DNA of 20,000 nt, from NCBI GenBank assembly GCA_049999805.1, contig JBNGIO010005480.1, forward strand, positions 46,825 through 66,824, given 5' to 3'. The notes under the pieces were generated by a model, which was not told where the DNA came from, ran no database searches, and was given only the letters and a program-made list of their open reading frames with translations. This document shows, one piece after another, positions 1-11,664 of the stretch. Each line of letters starts with the position of its first letter. The first letter of the stretch is position 1. A program made the position numbers and the translations under genes. The stretch comes from Folioceros fuciformis (Eukaryota).

Positions 1-670
1 TGACTGGTTGAGAGACCGGAACTACGCGCAGGGAGGGAACTAGCTCAGATCAAGAAATGCCTGCGAAAAACAACAGAACAGAAGGCAAAGTCAGAGAACA
101 AAACTAGATCGCGACCGCGAGAGCGCCAGATCATTCAAAGGACAGACCACCAGGAAACGAGCGAAAGCCCAGAGCATTACTGCCACACTATCAGACAAAC
201 GCCCAGACATACCGACACACACCACTGCCTCCACCGGGGATCAGACGCGAGTAGCGACTAGCGCCGACCGGCGGCGGGCTTCCCACAGCCACAGCACACC
301 TGCCGGCCCAAAACCTCCACAAATCAGAGCGGAAGCACACAAACAAACTCCCTCAAACGTTCCAAGCACAGAGAGCACCGATCGGCCCAAGATAAGCAAC
401 AAGAGCGCCGTCCTAGGCCGCCGCAAGACAGAGGACCAGATCTGTTCCCCACAACGCACCGGCAGCTCACCTGGGGCGGCAGAAGATGGACGGCAAGAAG
501 CGGGGGCAAGCAATGCGCTCAGATGCGCAATGCCGCTAGCGCTGGAGCTGTCCGGGAGGAGGCGAGGGAGGGGAGGGCGCAGGCGCAGGGCCGCGGGCGG
601 CGCAGTGTGAAAGAAGAGAGAAAGAAGAGAAAGAGTGAGGGCGGGAGAAAGCGGGCAGGGATTTATTTCT
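1..670 (-). promoter_or_regulatory. Probable core promoter, non-coding first exon (~635-471) and start of first intron of a gene continuing off the left edge
   Basis: On the minus strand: AAATAAAT TATA-like box at ~661-668, then a CT-rich leader (~610-640), a GC-rich segment, a strong donor CAG|GTGAGC at ~470, and T/G-rich intron-like sequence to the edge. No recognisable protein. An LTR fragment cannot be excluded. Confidence 0.35.
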
Positions 671-1675
671 CTGGCACGCCCGAGCACATGCTGGCTGCCA
701 GAGGCATTTCAAAAATTACGACGGGCTTTGGCCCACTCGGTAACCCCGTTACTCGTAACGGAGGGGATATTTTGCTTCTTCCCGCCAACTCGTGCCTGCC
801 TGCCGTCTGGTGGTAGCCCTAACCCCGTTTTGACGAAAGAGACGTTGGCGGGATGTCCGTTCTATATCTGTAAAACAAGGTTTCTCGCCGCAAATCTTCC
901 CGCTCCCTGCCGGCCTGTGATCCAGTGCGCGACCGCCATTTGGGCCAACCCGGTGCCGGGCTCCGAGCCTGGTTCCATCTGGGATATCGGGGACATCAAG
1001 GAAACTTACCCCGAGATTTGACCCATGGTTCCATGTCCATTTCTCCGGTAAGGGGTAATAGGGGTAGCTGCCTAGTTGTTTGCACACACCAATCACACTC
1101 ATCCTCGGTGGTTGTCTGTGGCTTTTTACGACATGCATCGACAGCGAGTTTGAATTTTCTTTCTCTGGCCTTGTGTACACAACCACACGGTGCGCTTACT
1201 GTGGTCTTGTCCAGAAAGCAATGGCACTCATTGCATCAAATTTGGGTCCTCTAGATTAAGCAAAACGTTGGGAGGCAGAGGAATGTTTGTGAAGGAATGA
1301 TACGGAGAAGGAAAATGAAGGCAGATCCAGAACGCAGCTCACATGACATGCCGTACTGCTCTGGAGAAGGCACATGCCAACAACTCACATTCTGGAGCTG
1401 CACAGCCTGTCACGGACTGGACCCGTCTCGTAATCCGAAGGAAGACATCGGCTCCCGCCTGACACACCCGGATGGAGCCCCCCCTGCCTTTAACCTATAC
1501 TGCGAAGAGTTTGTGCGAAACGGGTGTACATGTGATTCCCCTCCACGGGGGTGGACCCTGTGGAGCAACTCCGACTGCTGGTGCCCATGATCCTCTTCTT
1601 CAGCTTCCCATGCTTGGCTAAGAAAGAGCCTGAGAAGAAAAGCCATGGGTCCTGCAGCCGCAGCTTACAGGCCGT

Positions 1676-2970
1676 CTAACCCTGGACAGCACCTTCACCA
1701 TGGCGGAGGAAGCGAGACAGAATTTTCCTTCCTTCCATCAACCCGTTGGAGAAGAAGATGGACGCGTACTCTCCGAACAAGTAGTCTCGGTAGAGCGCGG
1801 GCCGCTGCGGTGTCACCGTCCCCGGCAGAGGAGTGATGAGCAGATCCGACTTCGGGCGGAGGAAGGCGGCAACCGACATGCGGGTGCTGTCCCGGTTCAC
1901 CAGGCTGCGGTGCTCGGCGCTAAGGTAGACGGCGTTGGTGAGTGCGTGCATGGAGTCCCCCAGGTTGATGACTAAGGCATCGGGGAGAGGGTCCACCGTC
2001 ACCCACTGGCCCTCATGCTTCACCTGGAGCCCGCTCACATCGTCTTGCAGCAGAACGGTGAGGACTGTGTTGTCCGTGTGACACGAGATGCCCAGAGTCA
2101 GGTCAGGCTGCGGGCATGCCGGGTAGTAGTTCATGTTGATCGTGGCGGGGCAGTCCTTTGCGCTGAACACAGCATTGATGTCGGGGTTTTGCAGGCCCAG
2201 GTTCTCCGCCACCGCTCTCAGTACGCTGTGCATCAGGTTTCCAACCTCCTCCTGGTATCGGAACAGCGTCTCTCTGAACGGAACGGCAGCAGGCAGTTAG
2301 ACTTGCAGGCCATGCACAAACAAGGGAGGAACGCAGGTTCCGAGACGGGATCGCGGCTTTACTTGTATCCTGGTGGCTTGGCAGGGAAGGGCCGAGTGTC
2401 GGACCGGCAGCCATCAGGGAAACCGTGAATGACTACGTCCCGCCAGTCCAGTGTCTCGGTGGTTTGAGAGGAGAAGGCGACGGAGAATCGCCCCACGCTG
2501 GGATGCAAGGACGGGTCGCCATTCAGAGTCTTACTCAGCTCCTCCGAGGGCATGGAGAAGATGGCCTTGCCCAAATCCTTGAGCCGGGCAACCACCTCTC
2601 GTGGCACTCCATGGTTCACCACCTGCCGGGGCAGTGATAACATTGCTGCATCAGATCCGACAGGCGGACCAAGTGTCCACCTTTCGAATTCCCTGCACAA
2701 CCTCCAACAAAGTTACCTGAAACATCCCCACTCACGGCACGCCTGGTCTATTTCTCGCATCGTCTCCTTCCTTCCGGGACAGCCATGGCTCAATTGCTGC
2801 AGATCTATGACAGGAACTTTCCAGCTCTCCGGCACCTCCCTGGCTTCCCCCGCACTGGGGCGCTCCCTGCCGGATTTGATGTAGATACCAGCGATTTTGG
2901 TGTGCCCGTCTCCAGCCTGTTCCAGAAACGACTTCACTCCGGTCACTCTCAGCTGGTCCTGGAATGCCAT
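1676..2970 (-). CDS. 2-oxoglutarate/Fe(II)-dependent dioxygenase, plant DOXC class (DIOX_N + 2OG-FeII_Oxy); 1-nt frameshift in exon 1 as assembled
   Basis: Exons 2970-2717, 2622-2363, 2273-1676 with GT-AG introns. Motifs: VPVIDL, ACREWG, VVNHGVP, DWRD, NYYPACPQPDLTLG, Fe ligands H-T-D...H (SAEHRS), 2OG-binding R-M-S. Exons sum to 1112 nt. One more G in the run at 2726-2729 would give WGMFQ|VVNHG and a 370-aa protein. Confidence 0.9.
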
Positions 2971-3251
2971 GGTCGTGCAACGGCTTCTACTGTTAGAGCT
3001 CAACAGAATACTCTTAAAAGAAGTAACAGACAGTGAAGTTTCCTCTCAGAGTCCACCAGCAGGAAAGTTCATGCTTACTCACCTCGTAAAAGTACGAGAT
3101 ATTTAAAAAGCATGGTATCCCGACAGGTGGGCTGCCCTTTCACATCACCTTCTTGGAATCTCAAGGTCGGCAATCTTATCGGCTTGGCGGGTCGAGGAGG
3201 AAGATGGAAAGCACGGCCTTACCGCCGTGGTAAGCAAGCAAGCAATCTGGC

Positions 3252-4417
3252 TTATCCCTGCTGTACTGGGAATGACATGCGCGTACTCTTACGACAAGTG
3301 AAGGTTCGATGTTCCACACTTTGGAATGTCCCGTTCGTTGCCGCCTGCATCCAGAAACATGTCACGTTGAGATTCAACCTCGTGAGGAGACATAACTACC
3401 CTGCACATGGGGAAGCTACGTACAGTAGCTAGTGAATGACCTTCATGGAATCCCAGATGCTGACGACAGAGGCGTTAGAAATAAGCCCCACACCATTCCA
3501 GCTGCAGTTTCCCTCAGCCTGCAGTATTCCCACCTCCTCTTGTAAAAACACCATGATGGCTCTGGCATCTACTGATGCCCAGGGTGAGCTCTGGCTCGGG
3601 GCTGGCAGGTAGTAGTTCATGTTCAGAACATAGTCCCTGCCGAACACATAGTTGAGGTACCTATCTTCCAAGCCAAGGTTGTCTCCCATAACGTCCAGGA
3701 TCGCCTCAGCCAGCTTGTAAGAAACAAGGTGTTTTGCACACACAGCATGTCAGGAATCCTTCATGCATGTCAGATGTCGACGCAATTTTCGAGTAGATGG
3801 AACAGGTGGCTAAGAACAGGAGACCTGTTATCACTTGTATCCTGCAGGCTCGGCAGTAGCCAGCCAAGGTAGAGGGTCAGACGCCCAGATGTCAGGAAAA
3901 TAGTGACAGAGAACAGCCCACCATTCCAGCACCTTGACACTATGACCTGAAAGGCCGGTCTCAAATCTTGCTACACCGGGATAGAGAGCCTTGTCCGCTT
4001 TACGACTCTCACAAATCTTCTCCGAGGGCGTGGAGAAGATCGCTTCCCCGAGAGCCTTGAAGTCCGCAAGAAGCTGCTCCGGGACCCCATGGACCCTACC
4101 AGGCTTTAGACAAGGGGTCCAAGAACGAAACTTCCAATCGGCCAGTAACCACTGCCTTGCAGGGAGAATTCCCACTCTCGGCAGGCTCGACCCATCCCTA
4201 GCAGCGCTTGCCTGTCCCTCGTCCGGTCCTACTTGGCCGGGCTTCCCCATGTCGATATCGTGCACCTCGAGACTCTCGGCCAGCCAATTCGTTTCCACGA
4301 GATTGGGTCGCTTGCGTTCCGGCCTGTCGTAGATTTAAAGAATTCTTTAGGGGCCAGCCAGCTTTAGAAAGGCTTTCACGCCCGCTTCTGTTAGCCATTT
4401 TTCTTTGCTTTCTCCAT
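3252..4417 (-). pseudogene. Degraded tandem paralogue of the 2OG-Fe(II) dioxygenase
   Basis: Collinear remnants: GVKAFLKLAGP*RIL*IYDRPERKRP (two stops), ACREW, HGVPEQLL...PAGYK, LGLEDRYL...NMNYY then a frameshift (PEPELTLGIS), HxD motif lost, DSMK|intron 3440-3345|AATNGTFQSVEHRT...RMSF then a stop at 3252. Confidence 0.85.
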
Positions 4418-4629
4418 GGCAACAGCTTTCTTCTTAGACTTGTCTTTGTCCGACCAGCGAGGAGGACCGCATAGGAAGCAACAAATGCCCAGAGCGTAGT
4501 CGGAGGTCGCCCCTGGACGATCAAATCGCGCGCCAAGGAGTAGGGTGAGGTACACAAATGAAATGTCCAAGTGTGGACACGTTTCCATCCCGTTTCCCGC
4601 TGCACTGCATACTTTTGAGATGAACCAGA

Positions 4630-4784
4630 CCAGTTTCTCACGCAGAGACTGTGTGGGTTCTGGCACGGCCCCCAGCCTGCGAAGCGAACGTCCACTTCTA
4701 ATGATCCAGTTTTTCACTCAGAGACTTTGTGGTTCCTGGCACGGCCGCCAGCCTGTGAAGCGAACGTCCACTTCCAATGCTCCA
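4630..4784. repeat. 76-bp tandem duplication (2 copies, 9 mismatches) spanning the C2CD3-like stop codon
   Basis: Copy A 4630-4705 (ccagtttctcacgcagagactgtgtggg...) and copy B 4706-4781 (ccagtttttcactcagagactttgtggt...) align without gaps. Confidence 0.92.
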
Positions 4785-7700
4785 ACAATTTCACCCTGTC
4801 TGGAAAGCAGATTGAACCATCCGCTGAACCCTGCAACAGGTTGTGCACGTTGTTGAGACATGTTCATGTTTCTGATCAGCCATGGGCAGCGAACAGCAAC
4901 AGGATGATGAGGCAATCCCTCACCTTCTACATTGCGAAGGAGGGGCAGGCATGGTGTCGAAGCAGTGCCCAGCCACACCTCGTTGTGAGCAGATTTTGCC
5001 CTCGGTGTGGAGTGCCACACTTCGAAAGTCATGTTGCCTGTCTTGAGAGACTGGATAACAAGAGCATCTAAGAAGACAGGCATCCGTTTTGTCCATCCGT
5101 AGTACGGATCAAGGACTTGTGCCTGCGTAACATGCGGGTGAGCACATGACAAAGCCTGAAAACATGAAGTGATGGAATATGCAGCACTAGATGACTGCGA
5201 TGAACTGCTACTTACAACCTTGAATGGGGTGCTACTGGGCGGATAGCTTTGCTCAAGCTCGTGATTGCAGGGAAAGAGAGAGAACCTCACACAAGACGTC
5301 ACCCCATCAAGAAACGCATCCGACACGGAGGATTTGTGTAGGGTAGCTGCTTCCATTGCTTTCTGCAACATCCAAATGTCCAAGTGAAGGGCATCGTTCG
5401 TTGGCATGCGGCGAAAGAAAGTGCGCTGAAAGAGCCATGTTGGTTGTTTGATGACAAGGACCCCGATGGGTACCTGGAGACCTTTGGCCCTGATGATACT
5501 GATCTCAAGGGATGCTTCAATAGGCCCGCGGTTCAAAACGCTTCGTACTCTGCTGTTGTCGAAGATGGTGTCAGCAAGGAGATTCTCTCGCTTTTCGTCT
5601 TCACTTCTTCCATAAGCAATTTGGACAATCAACATGGGAACTTCCGACTCTAGTAGCTGCAACTGCTCTTCCAGAATAACAGGTATGTGGAAAGTCCTTC
5701 GTACCTATTAGTTGTCGGATTTGGAATTTCAGATGTAACTTCGCATACTTGTGCAATCAGCACTTCGACATCGCTCAGTTTCAGGGATCAAAGATGGAAC
5801 AACCTACCTCTCCTGTTGATCCAGCCCTTGTCCACTCTTTAAGTAGGTCAAACATTCTCTGCTGAGGTAAAATAGCTGTTCCGATCTGGTGCTCTTGTTC
5901 TGTTCCAAAGTTCGCATGCTCCCTCACTCTGGCCTTCTTCAGTACGTCCTTTCTACTCCGACGATTGATATCCAAGTTCTCCAGGGCTTGTAGCACTTCA
6001 GGTTCATAGCTCCAGATTCCCGAAAAATATCCCCAAATTTCGAACCTCAGGTTGCTACAGCCACCATTCTCCAGGTGCTCTCTCAAGCTCCATCCAGTGG
6101 GCAAGCTGATACCATGCCGCACAGAAGCTTGAAAGCACATCTTCCTACTCCACTTGACCTCCTGGGATATGAACCCCGCAGCAAAGCACGATGAATGAAA
6201 AGATCAGTTGCGCAATGGTGAAATCGTTCCGAAGTGAGGAGCCTATGCCACTGTAGGACACATACTTGTGTGAAGAGTGGATCTTCCTCGCCTGGAAACA
6301 TGTATTTGATGAAGGCACCCCCTGAAGCAGGATAAAATGACATTCCTGCAATTGACAACAACATTGGCTTCTCCTCACCATGCACCACATTTACCTCCCA
6401 AATGAAATGAAACTCGTACCACTAGGGGCTTACCGGTTGGTGAACATCCGTGGAAACACAGAGATTTTGCATCGGGAAGGCCCAAGGCTTCCTGAACTTT
6501 CACCTCAAACACGTGCCTGGTCATTGCACTGTGCTGAGAAATCATAAAGCACATTAGCAGGCTTCACTCTCCTTCCTCAAGTTAAATCTAGTTTTCATCT
6601 AGATGCTTGTGAAAGTGCTGACAAGACAGCGTTTTTGTCAGGAAATGTCCCAGACGTCAAATCCAAGGAAATAGGTGTCGGCGTTTCCTGCACTCAGTGC
6701 TTGCTTCCTTACATTTGGAGAGTCTGCCCTCTGTTGGGTAGAAGTTCGGATGCTTGGCACCTCCATGTAAGGAACTCGTTCCTCTCTGTCCAGGTCTCTA
6801 GTGTCAGTTGGTGCGGATGAAGCAGCATTGTGTGTCTTTTGCAGTTTTAACATGTCCGGCCCAAGTCCTCTCATCACCATGACGTTCATGTATCCACACA
6901 CACAGTCCTTGAATGGGTTATAGACCGGGTATACCTCGGCGGCAACAGTCTCAGAATTCTTCGTGTTTGCCAAAGGTACCTTGATCAGGCCTACAAGATG
7001 GTCGAGTCCATCTGTTGCTAGCCCACAGTTTGCCCTCCAAATCTCCAGAAACATCATCGTCACCTGACTGCCCCCAGATGAAGGTATAACTGAATCGGCA
7101 TGACGTTTTGTCACAGAGTCTCCTGTCAAGGGTCCCTGTGAGTAAACTGGAGGCGAGAATGGCGTCCTGGAGACTGTTTCGGAGCTCAGTTTAACTACCA
7201 AGTCCAAGTTGTTGCTCCCGCCATCTGATTCAGGACTCTCAAAAAAATCGACACTGACATAATACCAGGAGGTACCCTGCAAACAGACACTGGTAGCTTA
7301 GAACATGCAGTGAAAAGATCCGTAGTCCTGACTTTGCAACTTTTCCCTTAATGTGACATCAGAGAGATGGAGAACACAGGGGCAAAGACTTCAGACCTGC
7401 TCTTGTTCCGGAACAGAAGAATCAGTATTATGCCCCTGATGCTGGTGAGAGCCCTGCAATTTCAAACAATATTCCACTGTGAATTTACAGAGGAAAATGC
7501 GGAAGCTGAACGGTATCCAGTCAATAGTTCTATCCTGCCTGACCTCCAATGTTGGAGTTGGTAGTGCCCAAGCTGGATTCGCACTTTGGAATAGTCTGAG
7601 CCCAATGTTAAGACATGCGTAGACACGTGGTGTTCTGTCCGTTGATGGTGAAGGCTTAGCTTTCACTTCCGAACTCAATTTGTTAGCAGTCTTCTTCTTC

Positions 7701-10700
7701 CTAAAACTTTCTTTAGTGTCAAGTAACTGGATTTCATCCTTAGCAACTCTCCAGCAATTTGCAGCTGCACGGGCCACAGTCTTGTGAGTTGTCCTCGGAC
7801 GTGTGGCATTGTCCTTCCATGGAGCTCTAGTGAACTCCTTCACCTTGACAAGTTGCAAACCTGTGCAGTAAGATAAAGGCATCGACTGAATGACAGTCTC
7901 TAGAGGTATGCTTCCCTCACATCGACACACATCACTCGAAGGCCACTTCAAGGAGATATTCACTCTCACAGATTGTGATCTCCAGGCATGCAGCCCTGAC
8001 TCTCCCGAAGGTAGCTGCCAATAGAATTGAGATTGATGGTCAAAGCGAAGTTCACGCTTCTGCTTCTCAACAGGAGAAACGGAGACTATCTGCTCCGGTG
8101 ATGTTTTGATATCCGCAACTAGGAGCTTAACAGCAGGAAAACAAAGAGTCAGCAAGCATGTACAAGCAGTAAGGTCTCTAGCATGTGAATCCAGAAGGAC
8201 CAGGTTTTCTACTGAAACAGCTAAGCACAATGGACCTTCTTTCGCAGAAGAAATAATCTGTCTTGGAGGCTCTACAGCTAAAGCTTCAGTGCCCCTGTGA
8301 CCCATGTGCTTCTCTGGATGACAATCTGAGTCACTCTCTTCCCCTGGGAAGAACAGCTCCTTCAGCAGAGCTTCTTCTGCAACGTCCTGCGGATCTTCCT
8401 GCGCGTCAGATAGCAATTTCGGATCCAGGCAGTTTACCATGCGATTCATAAAGTAGGAGTCTCTTTCTTTGTCTTCATAAACCCGCCTTTCATTGTCAAG
8501 CTTCTTTAGCACTGTTGCCAGCAAGCCATCCTGTTTAGAACCGTGATTTCCTGACTCCCCGGCATCATCGCCCACAGACAGCCATTTACCAGGCCCTAGG
8601 AAACAGGGCCCTGTATCCTTGGCCTGTTCAACTCGCCTGCATTGCAAGGCGACTGGCACGGTGGACGCCTCAACTGCCGGAGTCTTTTGCAGTGTTACAT
8701 CTAAGCTCAGAGGCACAGAGCATGTCCGTGCCATGGCATCACGCAGAGCTGCAGCCCGACGAACAAATTTTTTCACGGAGTTCCCCTCCGATGTTGGTGC
8801 CTTCATGGGTTCCTCTGTGACCCTTTCCTCATTCTCAAGATGGAAACCAGATTGACCTCTGTAATCCGTTTTGTCCGTACCTCCCAAATTATCAACACTT
8901 GTAGCCTTGTCCTCAGTTGGCCCAGTCGATCTTTCAACAGGTGTGCGTGGCCTACCGCCGTAAGTTCGCAGTCCTTTCAGGATTGCTCCTCGTCCCTCAA
9001 AATTTGATGCCTTTCGTGGATCTTCAACGGTAGCTTCAAGGAAGTGCTCTGCGTGAGCGCCACTTGCATGGTCATCTGTTGCTGCACCACTGGCAATGTT
9101 CTTCAGTCCATTCACCCGATCCTGCGGCATCGCACTGAAGTTAACCTGGATGCCGAGACTCTTCTGACAACTTTTCAAGGGACTTTCATCTCGTCTTCGT
9201 TTCTGGACATGGCGTTCCCTAGTTGCTCTCCTCTCCTTCCCACTGTCAAGCCTTTGGGAATGAAAGTAAGAGGTGAGTTCAGCCGACAGATTTGACTGGA
9301 ATGCATCAACCTGATGCTCACTTTCTGGTGACACGTCGCCTTCCCCATGTTTTTGCCTTCTTGGACTGTTCAATGTTGATTCCCAGGTTTCTGCCTGCTT
9401 CATGTCACTGATCAGCCTATCAAGTTTATCGTTCAACAGGTCCTTGGTGGTATTTTCTCCTGACCTATCCGAGGGAGCGGCAGTCTTCCCAAACCATCTG
9501 CTGAGCACCCGATCCATCACTTTAGGGGACAAACCAGTCACTGTGTCTGCTTGCTTAGCTTTTTTGTCAAGGTGTAATGTATTATCGTCATGCTCTGGCA
9601 GGTTGAGACGTGCTCCCCTAGCCGAAAACTCCTCGACAACCCCTTCAGAAGAATCCATGGACTTTAATTTCTCAATCTTTTTTGACCATAACCCAGAACT
9701 GTTTCTCAGAGGAGTAAGATTCTCAGGAGAGTCAAACTTCATTTGCTTCCTGATCTGGCGCCCAATCCTTGACACCATTTCCGCAGTTTTATCATCAATT
9801 CCCAACAGATGGTTCTTTTCCACAGACGCCACATCCGAGAAGGACTCAGAGCCTGCTTCTCTTGGTGACTGATCATCTGTTGAGCATGTACTGTGGGCTC
9901 CCACATCACACCATGCTTCACCTAGTGCATTGTTGCCAGCATGTTCATCTGCCAGAAAAGACAGCGACCTTGGGTATGACGTCATTTGCTGGTCATATCT
10001 GCTGTTGGAGTTATCTTGTGCTTCTGTACTGCGCAAGTGCTCGATTGTAGGATCCGTGTCACTGTCAGCAAATGCCTGAATAGGTTCGGAGATCGGATTT
10101 CCTGGTCGCTTCAGATCCGCTGATGCTGCATCTGACTTGTCATGGGAAACATCTGACAGGACCTGTTTCTCGATGGAATTCAATAGGTCATCATCATCCA
10201 GGTTTGAAAAAGAAGACCACTGCGTTTTCGTCGCCTTGTAACTGTTGCTTGGGGATCCTGGTAAACAAGGAAAGCTGAACTTGTAACAAACAATCTTAAG
10301 CTCCTGTCATGTGTTTGGCAAGATGCGTATTTCGGGCCATACTCACCGCAACCTTTTCCCTTTGATGGTTTCCGGTTCTTCTTTTTGTTGTGAATCTGCC
10401 ACTCAATGGTACTAGGTGAGGGCAGAAAAAGTAACCATCGTGCATGCGAAAGAAGAAACTGGGTGAGAACGAGGCCGCGGAGGAGCTCTGCAAAATCTTA
10501 CCTGCACTTCCACGGAGAGCGTGCCAATGAACCTCTGAATCTCATCATACACGGGACAGCTTGCATTAATGGGGTGCCTTTCGTCCAAACCTTGCACTGA
10601 GAGGCTTGAGGTGCCAACCATATTACCAGCTGAATCATGACCACCCCATGCTTTCCTATCTCTTGCCACCACGAGGCCCAGCGAGACCATATCCTGAAAG

Positions 10701-11274
10701 TACCTGCCAAGAAGGCAATCCAGCAATGACGGGGAGGGGAAACTTACCTTCTTGGATTCTCCAAATGGTGGCCAAGTGTCAGGCAACACCATACACTGCC
10801 AGACGTTAAGGTGCCTGAAGAAGTCTATTACCTGACAAGGTGCTTGTGTCCGGATTTGAGAGGAAATATTGCAGTAACATTGAGGGGTCTGTAACCAACA
10901 GTGGGAATGGCTAGAGTTGTGATCTGCTCGGGGGGAAGTCCCCACCATTTGAAAAACAGGCTGCATGTTGGGGGCGGCTGAAAGTTTGGCTCCCAATCAA
11001 GAAAGTTCACGTGAAAGAAAAGCTCGCCTTTTATCTGTAATCTTGCAGGTTAAGGAAAATTGAAGGTCTTGAGCTCCGGTGCAGGGGCAAAGTTGTGCAC
11101 TCCAGCTCTTGGGACGTGTTAAGCAGAATGTAGAACAAACATAGCACCATGGATATCATCGTGGACTTCAGGAGGAAGTGAAGGACCCCTGACAATTTCA
11201 GCACTGCTTGAGAACTTGCGTCTAGAAGATCTAGGTCGGGATTGCGGTGCGTCCACTTCATGGTGTCCTGGCAT
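4718..11274 (-). CDS. C2CD3: C2 domain-containing protein 3-like (centriole distal-end/ciliogenesis protein), ~1704 aa
   Basis: Predicted exons 11274-11148, 11027-10832, 10703-10502, 10279-7544, 7453-7397, 7276-6713, 6533-6434, 6321-6266, 6161-5808, 5704-5474, 5362-5216, 5155-4924, 4830-4718 (GT-AG; 5115 nt, in frame). The N-terminus SLPPEV...ELFFHVNFLDW...FKWWG...RYFQDM...HPINA...IGTLSVEVQ matches the C2CD3 N-terminal C2 as I recall it (SLPPLV...VNRVIW...RWWG...YLTDM...HQING). Later C2 motifs: HVFEVKVQEALGL, FIKYMFP, RFEIW, IIRAKGLQ, FEVWH, LGTA, GFSGWFNL. Some splice sites are approximate. Confidence 0.82.
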
Positions 11275-11664
11275 TGTTCCGTTTTCACCGTGCTTTATGC
11301 TTGTCTGTCGTGTACGGGTTGGAATTGTACTCCATGACTTGATCTTCGGCTAAGAAGCCAATTTGTAGAAAGCCATCGTCCGATGTTTCAGAGCTCCTCT
11401 CTTTCCACTAGTCGATGGGAAAAGTTCAAACACAGGAGGCAAACACACGTGACCAGTCTGACGTCGAAGGCACCGCGGACGACCATTGGGAAGCCCACCA
11501 CACGACGATGACAGAAAACTGAAAGAGGCCATTGCAGTCAAGGCCAAGACAGGAGTATGTCAGGCTAGCGGTTAACCTGACTCAAGGTCAACTGACACAG
11601 GCTCATTGACAAGAACTGTCTGCAGATATGTATTCCGAAAGCATTCGTTTGAAGGAACGACATC

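Noticed and set aside
746..761. Palindrome CCGTTAC-TC-GTAACGG resembling an RFX X-box
   Set aside because: Spacing is off, RFX factors are not known in plants, and it is far from the C2CD3 promoter.
241..1254. Overlapping ORFs of 60-148 aa on both strands
   Set aside because: Low-complexity translations of GC-rich promoter/UTR-like DNA with no recognisable motifs.
2990..3082. Possible 93-nt 5'UTR intron of the dioxygenase (GAG|GTGAGT...AACAG)
   Set aside because: Good consensus and typical size, but it cannot be supported without transcript data.
1645..3106. Plus-strand ORFs over the dioxygenase
   Set aside because: Antisense shadows of a GC3-rich coding sequence.
7391..10183. 930-aa ORF as a standalone intronless or foreign gene
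   Set aside because: It has no ATG start and splices in phase to C2CD3-like exons on both sides.
10741..10750. Strong extra donor AAG|GTAAGT inside C2CD3-like intron 2
   Set aside because: Only ~43 nt from the acceptor, and the flanking exons already join in phase without it.
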